DNA of 64,000 nt from positions 225,191 to 289,190 of the forward strand of contig NMRA01000183.1 of NCBI GenBank assembly GCA_002633005.1. Reading direction: 5' to 3'. Below the pieces are notes generated by a model. That model was given only the letters and a program-made list of their open reading frames with translations. It was not told the origin of the DNA and did no database searches. Below, piece after piece: positions 26,001 to 37,790 of the stretch. Origin of the DNA: Phoronis australis (lineage: Eukaryota; Animalia; Phoronida). The stretch's first letter is position 1; each line of letters opens with the position of its first letter. A program made the position numbers and the translations under genes.

Positions 26001-27066
26001 AGTTAACGACTTCATACATCTATGGGCATGAGCTGACTCAAACAAACCAGGCACTCGGAATAATAAAAAATCATAAGCACAAGGAATATCTGAACCTGCG
26101 CCCCCTCGAAAGTGCGCCCTCGGGCTGTTTTTCGAAAACGTTCCGAAAAATTGACAACTTTTGCAAAATTTCTTCCTTCTTTTGCTAAGCCAGCTTCATC
26201 CCAGATTCCTAAAATGCGCTCACCCACTGGTCAAAATACAGAGCAAAATTGCTCAGGAACTTATTTTGCGCTTGAGGCTTGCGGATGGGCTCACTATTTA
26301 TTACAGCTAAGGTTGGCATTGTGTGGAGATTCGATCACTCTACACATTCTTATGCCTGTGGCAACGGATACCCGCATAAAGAATGTATCATGTGGTATAC
26401 TTGAATGATTTGTTAAACATACGCAAGCGTAGGGTTCGTGAAACAAGTCATCCAAGATAAACGATCTTTTAGAAAAGCACTACTCCCCGGCAGTTGACCT
26501 GGAGCTTTCCATTACAGTTTCATTACAATATACAAATATATTTAAGCGTCCTTGGCGTTTTTGGCAGTAATTTTCCCAAAATTTCGTTACACTGTTCAGC
26601 CATGGTACAGGTACCGACGTTCCCAGCACAACAAAGCAGTACTTAACCCAAGAAAACAAAAAGAGAATGCATGATTCTGTATACTATGAAAACGTTCCAT
26701 TGTCGTATGGTTGGCAGAGGGCGCCACTTCCCAAAGTTTCGTTTAGGATTTTCGCCGTGAGATTCGGAGACTGCATTTGTGGACGTTATTCAAACACAAA
26801 ATAAATTCAAGTTGGATTTCTGATCAGCCAAAAATAAAATAATTTTATGGTATTTTGAAACTCAATGAACTTGCTCCATCTTTGAGTCGCAAGTCTTTAT
26901 CCTGTTACGATTCTGTATTTGCGCTTTTCGCAGATGGCCTGTCAGTTGTACCCTATGCACCAGCACCATCTTTTGAGGATCAGCAAAGAGCTTGTGTGGC
27001 ACAGGGATCGTGCCAATGGGTCAGGCTCGAGTGTCGGGAGATATTAAACATCATTTTCTCTTTAAA

Positions 27067-27067
<1 letters not shown>

Positions 27068-27143
<76 letters not shown>

Positions 27144-27165
27144 TTGCTACTGCTGGTGCTGCTGC
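27068..27165. repeat. (GCT)n microsatellite
   Basis: Long perfect gct run with a degenerate right end. Confidence 0.95.
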
Positions 27166-27749
27166 TAGAAATAGTTGTTCTAACTGTAGTAGTTTTAATT
27201 AACTGTTTAATGGTGCTGGTCAAAACACTCTCCGGCACACTGAGAACGTCATTAGCGGCGTGAGATTCCCGAAATCCTCGGAACGTTTGCACTAACTTAA
27301 GTTTCTTAGCACGACCTGAGTGACCTCACACTCGTGTCCCAATTTCTTCTTATTGTAATTGCAGTGTCGTCGTAAATGTTTCGATTCCGTGGAGCGCAAC
27401 TGCAGTTCGTGCATGACAATTTTGTGTCCAAACAGTTTTAACTTGCTGTAATTCCATGGTCGTGTACCTCACGATATTTTCTCAGATTTTTGTACCTCCA
27501 GACAAACGGAGACAAAACTGAAAATGATCGAGAGACAACTCTGTAGTTTGAGAGAAACTTTTTCGTACTAATTTTAAAAATGGCAAAAATTCAAATGTTG
27601 TTAGATGAGCATTACCTTGCCTGTGGTGTTTAAGAATAGGGGTGGAATCTATGATAGTAAAGCGCAAGGTGAAAAATCCTAATAATTTATTTACAGTATT
27701 TATAACGTGTGTCCACTTACGGTCCACCGTGTGTAGGCACAAGGAACAA

Positions 27750-28805
27750 CTACAAATCAAAGTCAAAATCGATATCCAGCTCTGACAGAGAGAAGTCATC
27801 TAATTCTCGGGGGCAGCAGGTACAAGACGAGAAGACGCGTTTAATTTTGTCCTTCCCGAGCTTAAATTTGAGTTTAATATTCCTAAGACGTTTCATAATT
27901 TTCTTTTTCCTCTCACTTTCCGCTTTTTCTTCCCTTTTGGGTGCACAATCAATATTCACCCTTAGCGTTTCTAATCCATCACAATCTCCTAATGGTTTAA
28001 TACCGTACGAGCCTTGATTTTTTCGCCGAGCGTATTTCACCGGTTTCACTTTGCGTTCGGGACTTGGCGGCGGCTCGTGTAAGGTTGCCACGACCACGCG
28101 GCTGTTAGCGCCCCTTGGAGGTACAGGCTCTTCGTCACTGTCACTTATGTACCCCGAACATGCCTTGCAACTGCAGTCACAAGCGACTTCCCAATATCCT
28201 TGAGTCACTTTTTTCGGCGCAAGCTGCTTTCGATTAAAGATTGGTGGAATGTAAAATTCGTCGTTGCCGGTTGGGCTCTTTGCATTTGCAGATTTTTCTC
28301 TTTCGTCGTCGTCAGAAAAGCCAAATTCCGAACTCGTCTCCTCAGACAGAGAAAGACTGTCCAGAGTAACATGCGACGCTGGCGTCAGGGATTTGTTGAC
28401 AACGAAAATATCACTTCTGGACCCGGAACTCTGGAGAGAATCAGTTGACCCTACAAGCTCACAAGATGATTCCAATTGCGAGATGTCGCCATTGGGACCT
28501 CCGTCGATGACATGGTTTAATGAAGCTGTAGATTTACTCTGTCTCCGAGGAGAAGAAGAAGTCGAATTTTTCCGTTCGCCAGCTAATGGTGCTGAGCTTG
28601 GTAGTGAATTTTGATGTCGCTCAAGCAACTTTGATCTTTTAAACGAATTCAGCTCTAACACAAAAACTTGAATAATTACCCACGACAACGCGGCAACAGC
28701 CAGTCTGAAAAGGCCTAAAGAGGCATGCATGTTTACATGAATAATACCATGAAAGAAAACATGGTAAAGAAGCAGTATGATTTCATCTCTAGTTTCGCTC
28801 GCCAT
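27750..28805 (-). CDS. Uncharacterised 351-aa protein: hydrophobic N-terminus, Ser-rich disordered region, Cys motifs, basic segment, acidic tail
   Basis: 1056-nt uninterrupted ORF with AAAATGG start context, protein-like modular composition and no TE motifs. Confidence 0.75.
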   Translation of the reverse strand: MASETRDEIILLLYHVFFHGIIHVNMHASLGLFRLAVAALSWVIIQVFVLELNSFKRSKLLERHQNSLPSSAPLAGERKNSTSSSPRRQSKSTASLNHVIDGGPNGDISQLESSCELVGSTDSLQSSGSRSDIFVVNKSLTPASHVTLDSLSLSEETSSEFGFSDDDEREKSANAKSPTGNDEFYIPPIFNRKQLAPKKVTQGYWEVACDCSCKACSGYISDSDEEPVPPRGANSRVVVATLHEPPPSPERKVKPVKYARRKNQGSYGIKPLGDCDGLETLRVNIDCAPKREEKAESERKKKIMKRLRNIKLKFKLGKDKIKRVFSSCTCCPRELDDFSLSELDIDFDFDL

Positions 28806-28851
28806 TTTAAATATTACAGTGTGTGAATACTGTCGTCAACGACTATGTGGC

Positions 28852-28928
28852 GTAAACAAAGCGGTGACGTAAACACAATGTATGATGTAAAAGAAAATTG
28901 TTACATTGTTTACATTTGCGTCATTATA
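28852..28928 (-). promoter_or_regulatory. Candidate promoter: clustered forkhead-type GTAAACA sites and TATA-like element
   Basis: GTAAACA at 28852 and 28869, TGTTTAC at 28907, and TATAAT on the - strand at 28923-28928, all 50-120 nt upstream of the ATG. Confidence 0.35.
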
Positions 28929-28959
28929 GAAAGTTGAGAAATGATATCAACGAATGAAC

Positions 28960-29187
28960 CTGGGGCCTTTGCCAAGAAACTGACTTAAGTTAATTTTTGA
29001 CTTAAGATTTGTCTTAACTGCCAAACTTTGAAACTTCCACATTCGGCAAGTTAATCACATGTAAGACAAAATTTATACTCAAGATCTCATTATTGAATTG
29101 GTTTTGAGACAAATTTAACTTTTATTTTAATTCACTAAAATTTACAATTTGTCTTAGCTAAGTCAGTTTTGTTAGAACGGGGCCCTG
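28960..29187. mobile_element. Short MITE
   Basis: CTGGGGCC..aaactgacttaagt versus gctaagtcagtttt..GGGGCCCTG inverted termini. Confidence 0.65.
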
Positions 29188-29522
29188 AACTATAGGCCGT
29201 ATTCTTTCTTTCAATTTTACAATTTCAGAACACAAAATAGCTAAGCAACATTTCCTAAATTTCAGTCCCTGATGGCTCGTTCGAGTTCGGGTGCGAATTG
29301 CTGACTAGTACATGCGCGCAACTGGAGGTGCTCGGGGGGTGAATAATCAAGGCATAGGCCCTGAACAAACCTCTTTTCCGTTTTTTTTAGTCAACAGATC
29401 CGCAAATTCAAAAATTCGAGACCCCTGCATCCCCACATTTTAGGCTGGGTGCGCGCATCTGCCGAAATTCTGGTTATTCCTGTGCCCTGCCCCCCTAACT
29501 CAAAATCCTGGATCCGCCCGTG

Positions 29523-30619
29523 AATCTTCAATAAGTTCATATTTTATTGACTCACTGGGCTGTGGTCTATAGTATAAGATGTCTATGATCTACGCTCTTT
29601 CACAGTGCTACGGAAGGTAGCTATATCATATAGATATCATATTACTATAGACCGGGCGCACGCGCTATTGCAGCTGACAACTTGACACCATATTGGAGAG
29701 TGCTGCTAGTCACGTGACACGGCTAAATGCCATGTAAACAAACGGGACAAATTGCTTCTCTAACAAATAAAGAGACGGAAGAGTGTGACTTTTTTCCAGA
29801 AACAAATAAATATATGGTGTCGCAATTTCATGCGGTTTTTTAAGAGTCAATCAGTCGATAGGGAAAATATCAAACTAATAGAAGATCGCAACTAGCGGCA
29901 GATTCTCGAATTGTCTGAGCGGTTGCACGCTTGTTATCCACTGCGAGCGTTTTAATTTTTTTCGTTTTTTCAAGAGAAACCAGTAAGATCGTGCAAATTT
30001 ATCATTTAATTCGTGTCGCTCCATGCAAATACATTATATCCAGGAAACGTGCTGTTCACTTGGGACGTACTTTTGTTGTGGTCCAATAAGCCTTAGTTTT
30101 CAGTGTTGAAAATGAACCGGATAGCTACGTAAAATTGAAATACGACCCAGATCGCATTTAAGGGGGGTTTAAATTTAATGTGAACTAACACTGTGAAAAA
30201 TGACCTCATTGAAGTGATATAGATAAATGACAGGTTTTTAAAGTTCATTAGGACGTTCTCCCGTTCCGTGACTTTACAAAACGTACAGCGGTTGTGAGTG
30301 TGTGATAACGTCTAGCCCTTTCGTTAACTGCCGAGCACAGTCTTTTGTCCGGTAAGACAACACGCAGATCAATTATCTACCAGGCTTATTACCGATCGAA
30401 CACAATCAAACACAGAACGTTGGTACGTTCGAACAGAATAGATTGCCTTAACTTCGATTGTATGATTGGGCGATTTTGGTGATTCAAAATCTTTCAGCAT
30501 TATCAGTATTTGGGAATTCAGAAATGTCATTGGTTTATGTTCAAACATTTTATAACTTAACTTATTTTTAACACCACACTAACCCAGTGAGTCAATAAGA
30601 TATGATCTTATTGGAGATT
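29523..30619. mobile_element. About 1.1-kb non-autonomous DNA element with about 35-bp TIR
   Basis: aatcttcaataagttcatattttattgactcactggg is nearly the reverse complement of cccagtgagtcaataagatatgatcttattggagatt. Confidence 0.75.
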
Positions 30620-31489
30620 AGAGCAACTATTGAACAAAAGAGAGCTTACTCTCCCTTCCTAATTGCCAGAATGGACTTAATTAGTCGTCGGTGTAAATTG
30701 TTGGCTATGTACAGCGGTCGTCCGGCGCCAACTTGTGCTATGCAACCTAACAAGTTTAGACTAGACGGGAGAATGTAAAAAGCAAAGAACATAGACTCAA
30801 TTCCTCTCCTGTGCATCGCTCGGGATTGCCAACGGACAAATATTCTTCTCTCACGGATCTGAAGTCACCCCTGATCAAGCACCAGGCACTTGTCGGCGTT
30901 TTGTAGTATCCCCAAACCGTGTAATTATGTGCTTACAAAGAGATCAGCCCCCCTCTCACACATTATTTTGAACCGTTCCTATCCATCCCTGCCCTTAATC
31001 TGATATACGCACTGCGCGTCCCTCAGCCGAGAAATTTAAGATAAATTCTTCCACATGCACGCTTCTCCTTAGTTCTCACGGTTCCAAATTTGACTTTTAT
31101 AGTAAGAAACCTTGGCAAGGAAGATTCTTAACATGTGTCCAATTATTTTGGATTAGTCTTCAAGCAGTTCAGTAGTCAAATATTAGATCCTGGCACGAGC
31201 AGTGTAAAAATGGCCAGTTGCCAAGCTGGGCAACTGAACGACGGACTGTTCGAAAAATTGTAATTGTTTTCGCTTCAGCCCAGCTTCCCCACATCATATT
31301 CCTTGTCTGCACGCCGTTCAGTACTTTCACTCCCTAACTGCGACATATATTGAAAAAGCAAGATTTCCATTGCCGTGCGTTACTCAGGTAACCCCCACAC
31401 CCAAACATCCGCATATCGAACATTGTTGAAAGATCGCCAATTGGCGGGAATAGTGTCTGCTTATCCCAACCCCCTGTTGTGGAAGAACC

Positions 31490-31854
31490 CAGTGGCGGAT
31501 TTAGAGGGAGGTCAAGACCCTCCTAAAACTCTCCCAGATTCCATTTGGCAGTTCGGGGGTGCGAAAGTCCGACGGGCAAAATCCTGGCGCGCACCCCTCA
31601 TTTGGCGAAGTGGTGAAAAGGTCCTCCTTAGGGAAACAAAAAGTCCGAGGAACGAGACAAAAGTCCACAGGAATTCGTCGCGAATGCACAATGCACGGGA
31701 TTGAACCTTGTACCCCGTTTTTTAGTACTCGTCTTCTTGTTCCAGAAAGAGGTCTACATACCGCGAAATTCAAGTCTCCCCTATATTTTAGACTGGGTGC
31801 ACGCATGTGATCCTCTGCCTTGCCCCTCAAATCAAAATTCTGGATCCGCCCCTG
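31490..31854. mobile_element. CA..TG MITE with 5-bp TSD (GAACC)
   Basis: gaacc|CAGTGGCGGATTTAG ... CTGGATCCGCCCCTG|gaacc. Confidence 0.8.
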
Positions 31855-34492
31855 GAACCGTTGGATAATGACGGGGCGGGTTTTCACGGACGCGAGGTCA
31901 TTTTTTCATGGGCTAAAAATTCTTCACAATAAATTTAGACACTGAAAAAACTAGCCGGGTCATTTTTCACGGGGTCATTGTTTAATGCTACACCGGCTCG
32001 GTCGGGTATATTTCCACTCGGTTTCAAGTGAGAAATTCTGTATTTTGGGTAACGGTTGATGCGCAATTCAGTCCTAGAGGTTTGATATTTTGGTTACTAT
32101 GCACTTTACTTGTTTGCGCAAGTTTTGAGTCATAAAACAAAGAGCTCGTAAGCAAGCAGTGCAAATCCACAAAATTTCCAATATCAACTTTAACATAAGT
32201 ACAGATTTTGCAGGGGTATGTTCGTTTCAATACAACAGGAGAAAACTGATTTTGGAATACGTATTAATAAATGAGATTTTAAAGCAGTATATATTTCAAC
32301 AGAGAATACACAATTCACTTAGATTACTGATTTTGATGGCTAGCAAGTAGGTTCGGGGATGTCATTTTTCAGAACAAGTAAAAATACATGTGATTGTCAT
32401 TGATACCAAATATTTACCTAGTAAGTACAATTAACAAACAGCATCATCATTGGATAACAGCATATGCTGGTCAATAATTATCTTTTAATTGATCTTATAT
32501 GGTGTCAATCACCAAGACTGATGTGGAAACAACGCATAATCGCTCCACTTAAACTATGGTGGCAGAACATAAAAAATGGTGGCAGCACCTCTAAACTCCA
32601 TGGCCGAACCAAAAAAACCCATGACTCAAAGGCAGGAGCAAAAAAATAACTCTTTTGCTGCAAGCATAACACTGCGAGCCCGCAGATTTTCTGACTGATG
32701 CCGTAGGGCTCCCAGAGTTTTCCGCCTTTTTTGTCCCGTGTAGCACTCTCCAATATGGCGTCATATTGACAACGCGAGCTGCATGTATCTGAGTGCGGCG
32801 CGCCCGGTCCATGTGATGTCCATGAGCTATACTTTTCCGTATAGGTGGCCCTGTGTCAGAGGGTAACCACGGGCTTGATATCGATCCGCAGACGAGTCTG
32901 CATCATTCTCTGGTTGTAGTTGGGTGTAGTAATAGCTTTCGAAACCTTCTTAGCATTTTGGCCGCCACTGACCACACTGACCACCGCAACTGAACATAAG
33001 ATTACAGTACCAAGCGTATCCAAGAGGACGTTTAAAATACATTGATTTTACTTTCCATTGACAAACTATTGCGAGTTAGACTTTGTTATGGTAAACTAAG
33101 CATTGATCAATATCAACCAGCATATTGAATGATCTGGCACCATCTAATGATGATGTCCCAGAAGTGTCGGCAAAAAATTCGAATGCAGTAAAATTGACGA
33201 AGAATGCGATAAACTGATTACTCCAAGTATCTGTCCGAAATTTGAGCATAAAGTTTTCTGATGAATAAAAATGGGCAAACATCCATCATATAGCTTTGGA
33301 GTGTATTTCGGGTACCTCAATACATTGTTTGCAGTGTAGGATATTCTACACATGATTAGAAATAGAATAATTTCTTCAGAAAATAAAAGTTAGTGATCCT
33401 GATATATGTAGTGCATGATACCGTAAACCAAGGACTTTGAAATACATTTCACGATTGTTATGCAGCTAAAGAAAGTAGAGTATGGGAAATAATAATATTC
33501 ATAACGGATGGGTGAAATGTTTGCTGCAACACGCAAACACGTCCTGACAGCGTTTTTTGACGAACGGGAGATGTATTATACGAAAGTGCTTGGCCAAGTT
33601 TTCTGTTTTTTAGTTGAATGGGAAATTGTGGGTACCGCATAAACCAATAAAACGCCCTGCTTGCTCATTTTAGCCGAGTGGCAAAGTATAGTAATCTTGT
33701 CACGTGGGAAATTGCAATAGTATACGATATGTGATTTGGCCGTTTGTCAAAAAGCGGCACATTTAATGGTGAGGCAGGATGGTGGGAAAAATTCAAAAGT
33801 GGCCAAGTTCGCCAAAAGTGGGCCAGTCCACCTTAAGTGGCGCCGTCCGCCTAAAGTGGCCCAGTCCGCCTTGAGCGTCACAAAGTATTTTATTGGATTA
33901 TTTTACAAGGTAAACTTTTCATTTTTTAATTTTTTCACAAGTGTAGAAAAATAATATAGACAACAGTAGACCTACTACTCAAAAATCGAATCAACAAACA
34001 ACGGCATCTTGGCAACATGTAACCAGTGCACGTGTGAATTAACATACATGTAGAAACAATTCAAAACCGTAATAATATACGCACACATACACCGGCTTAG
34101 GCACGCAACTACAGGTATATGTACTTTTTAAAGTTACGTAAACATACCTGTTTTATGGCCTAAGCTTTTCATATAAGCCTACAATTACAGAACAAACATT
34201 CAGAAACCATAAGTGACCATTGCTCAGTACTTCTGTCATCTCCGTGAGAGTCACCAACAGACACTGTCTTTACAACACCGGTTAGGAGATATGTGATAGA
34301 AGGTTATAAACCGATTTCTGATAAAAGTCCTGAGTGAAAACCATTTTACTGATTTTAAATGTTCAAAAATATTTCAAAGTTATATTTCTATCACGCTTTC
34401 TGACACCTTGCTTAAAGTGACAAGATTAAAACATCTGCAGAATTCGAACACATACAGGCAAGGCGACATCAGCATGTACTGCGCCTGTTAGC

Positions 34493-35060
34493 ATAGCAAC
34501 ATTTATACTGGAAATTGTTTCTTTTATCTTTGCCACCAAGAGTCAAATCGAATGTGGATTTTAATGTTTTAGACCCCGGGGCGGGAAATAACATTCTTGC
34601 TCGATGCCAGTAGGAATGGCAAATGATATGATTGCAGCATGGAAATCTGCTATGGTAATCTATAGCGTCTTTTTCCAGACGTGGGTGTGGATGTACTGAT
34701 TTAAAAAATGAGATCTCACATAAATAGCCCCAAAGAGAAGGATGAGCAATTAGGCGTTGTCAGATAGATATGTTTTTCGTCTATCTGATCACGCCTACTC
34801 CCTGATCCTACTCTCTGATCCTTCTCTCTGTCTATAATTATGTGAAACTCATTTTTGAAATACACCCATACCGACTTCTGACAAAGACGTTGATTGTTGC
34901 GGCAGCAGATTTCCATGCTGTGATCATCTCATTTGCCATTCCTGGTGGCTTCGAACTGGGATGTGATTTCCTGCCCGGGGTATAAAACAAAAAAATCACA
35001 GTCGATTTGATTCTTGTTGGCAAAGATAAAAGAAACAATCCTCAGTATAAGTGTTGCTAT
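34493..35060. mobile_element. About 570-bp diverged palindromic (foldback) element
   Basis: atagcaacatttatactg..tgtttcttttatctttgcca..ggaatggcaaatga..gcatggaaatctgct is mirrored on the opposite strand at 34835-35060. Confidence 0.8.
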
Positions 35061-36135
35061 AAGAGAAAATTGATTTCAAAATAAGCTCGGACGTTATCTG
35101 CCTTCCCACGATAGAACAAGTGCCGCTTAGTATCTCTGCCCGCTTGTGTCCCTCACTCGTAAGTGAAGTCAGCAGTCATGCTATTAAAGTGTCAACAATA
35201 ACGCCAGTGCAGTTTTGGCCGGGGGGTAACTCAAACCTCTGGGCTTTGCGCCGGCAAAAGTAACTATTTTGGCCAAGACAGTTCACTGCTCTAGCGGACG
35301 TTTTTGCTGTTGGGAAAGTGCTAGCGAGCGAAACAGCATTTTAGCCAGCACATGAACCGAGTATTGTTAAGCAACTTTCAAACCTGACAAGATTATAACA
35401 ACCAGAGTGTTATCTTGTATCAAAAATATAAAGTGACCGAAAATAACCCCAAATATGGCAAGCCTCCTGTGGTCTACGATCCATTGCCTAACAAAAAAAC
35501 TGACTTTTGATTTAGAACGTACAGTTTCCGTTACGCAGTTGATCGAGAATTTGCTTCTCACTAAAATCATGACGTCTACTATGATAAGCAAGTTCATGTT
35601 CACGATAGAGAAGATCTCAGATCTAGAAGAAAATGCATTGCTCGAGACCAGACTCTACATGGTATGCAGTAATAAGCTTGACATGCCGGGTCATGCGATA
35701 AGCGGAGCATGACCTAGAGAGGTAACGCCAAATTTCCCAAGCCCAGAAATCATTTCTAAACTGAGAAAAATAGATGCTCAGGTGAACTTCTATAGTGTGG
35801 CACTCAAGCTTCCTTAGCGTGACTTTTGCATGCGTAGAAGAATGAATCAAGGCACTTTACAACGATATTGCTGCAGGATGGAAATATTCTGCTCCTTTAT
35901 CAAGCAATGTGGATCTTAAAACAAACAATCTGAGTCAATATTTGGTAAAGGAAGATTAAATAACATCACGTCATGAGGCTCTATCATTGCAATTGCCGTA
36001 ATACTTTATGGTAACTAGAAACTTAGCGACTGCGCAAACGCGTCGTCTGTACCTACCAACTCTCTATTTATCGCAGCTTGAACTCTATTCATATCTCGCT
36101 TTATGTGCCCTACTAAAATAACAAACGAGTGGGTT

Positions 36136-36142
36136 TATAAAA
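36136..36142 (+). promoter_or_regulatory. TATA box of the ankyrin gene (candidate)
   Basis: TATAAAAG about 300 nt upstream of the ATG. Confidence 0.45.
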
Positions 36143-36437
36143 GGAACAGAGATTTATTTGCTCAATACTATGGAGTGACAACGCTTAAATCGTTCGAAAG
36201 GCTATTCAATCAACGATTTATTCTCGCTACATAATACCTTCTATTGTCGGTGACCTTCACAACAAAGTTTACTCGCAATATAATACGTGAATCAGTTTGG
36301 AAACGCAGTGAATTAAACAGACCAATGTTTGCGGAGACGTTGTACCGTGCTAGCAACCACAAACAACGGCGCTTCAGCTTTTGGATTCGGAGTTCTGAGC
36401 GAGGATAGACGAAGAAAGGGCGATACAAGCCGCTGTG

Positions 36438-37631
36438 ATGATGGCATCACCACTGCTTAGCAAACGTCCTGTTAAGACGGCACTTCACCAGGCAGTCATA
36501 GATGGGAGATTAAAGCAAGTACGACTACTTGTTGGTAGCAAATATCATGCAGGAATTGATGTGAAAGACATACATGGAAGAACACCCTTGATGCTAGCGT
36601 GCCTGTTAGAAAATGAACTCGTTGGTTGGAAAATGGTAAAGATACTGTTGTCTGCTGGTGTGAATTGTAATGTTACCGACAAGTTGGGAAGATCAGCTTT
36701 GAGCTATGTGTGTCTAAAAGGTTACGATACTATTTTGAAGAAATTGCTCAAAGAGGACATTATGGACTTTAACTCTCCTGATAACGACGGCAATCCGCCA
36801 ATAAACCTGGCAGCAATGAGCGGAAACCCGGCTGTGGTAAAACTATTAATTGACGTGCTTCACAGGTTTGGACTGTCAGTAGACTACCGTAATTTACTAG
36901 GTTACACTGCTCTACTGCTGGCGACAAAATATGGTCACTATGTTTCAGCCCACTTGCTTGTAACACAAGGTGGCGCCTCTCCAATGTTGAGAGACAATGA
37001 GATGTTTCTCAATGCTGCCGAGTGGGCAAGTCGCAGTCATATTTTACAGGCGCAGTTGGTAAAAGCAAAGTCAAACAGGACTTTTCATCAGAGACACAAG
37101 TCTGCCCCCGCAATGTCTTTCTCTAGAGAAAGTACCCTCTACGATGGGCCAAACACGGCACGCGAGTACACGTGCCAGCACGTGAAAACGAGACCTGATC
37201 CGTTTGGCTCGTATTTTCACTTACCGACAATTTTCCGAACTCAAGGAGTCGAGACGCCCTTGCATAACGAAGCATTTGTTGGAAACGCAGATGCAAGAAA
37301 ATCGCTATTAGACGCAATTGATGAAATTACCAAAACAAGGCCAACGTCTGCTGCATCGTCGAATGTCTCGCGAATTAGTCACCCATCGTCTGTCAAGCTA
37401 ATGGCGTTGTCCCCTCGTAGTAGGGCTGTTAAGATGGTCTCCGATCTGGAACTCCTGTTTAAAATTTATTCTGATCAGTATCCCGAAATGCTGAGGAGAC
37501 AGAAAACAGAACGCAGTGCCTCTGTGAAATCAGAAGCGCCCGTGCACGTGCACGCACCAGTGAATACGAAGCTTCTGTCGGTGAAAAAGCCTCCTTCGTC
37601 GCCTCGAAAATCGATAGTGGCGGCAAACTGA
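36438..37631 (+). CDS. Ankyrin repeat domain protein, ANKRD63-like, single coding exon
   Basis: About 5 ankyrin repeats (TALHQAV, GRTPLMLAC, GRSALSYVC, GNPPINLAA, GYTALLLAT). The segment VLHRFGLSVDYRNLLGYTAL resembles ANKRD63. Ser/basic low-complexity C-terminus. AATAAA at 37657 and 37688. Start taken as the ATG after the GTG in the ORF track. Confidence 0.9.
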   Translation: MMASPLLSKRPVKTALHQAVIDGRLKQVRLLVGSKYHAGIDVKDIHGRTPLMLACLLENELVGWKMVKILLSAGVNCNVTDKLGRSALSYVCLKGYDTILKKLLKEDIMDFNSPDNDGNPPINLAAMSGNPAVVKLLIDVLHRFGLSVDYRNLLGYTALLLATKYGHYVSAHLLVTQGGASPMLRDNEMFLNAAEWASRSHILQAQLVKAKSNRTFHQRHKSAPAMSFSRESTLYDGPNTAREYTCQHVKTRPDPFGSYFHLPTIFRTQGVETPLHNEAFVGNADARKSLLDAIDEITKTRPTSAASSNVSRISHPSSVKLMALSPRSRAVKMVSDLELLFKIYSDQYPEMLRRQKTERSASVKSEAPVHVHAPVNTKLLSVKKPPSSPRKSIVAAN

Positions 37632-37747
37632 GAGTCCTTATTCCTTAACGAATGGCAATAAATTCGGCTGGCAGACTGGAGATGTTCGAATAAAATCAAA
37701 GTCAAATATAAAACAAGCATTTATTCTCTAGATATTAACACGAGTAA

Positions 37748-37790
37748 ATACACGAGCTTTCGAGTAATTACAGCTCTTCGTCAGGTGAAT
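37748..37790 (-). ncRNA. Minimal type I hammerhead ribozyme motif (Penelope pLTR-type)
   Basis: The - strand reads AUUCAC-CUGACGA-A-GAG(cuguaauua)CUC-GAAA-GC-UC-GUGUAU: intact core, stem II GAG/CUC, stem I CAC/GUG and palindromic AGCU stem III. AATAAA follows on the same strand. Confidence 0.65.

Noticed and set aside
26855-27292. Poly-Ala / poly-Ser ORFs
   Set aside because: Products of a (GCT)n microsatellite with no supporting gene structure
35455-35712. 85-aa ORF upstream of the ankyrin gene
   Set aside because: No domain, no compatible splice sites, and it lies upstream of the TATA candidate
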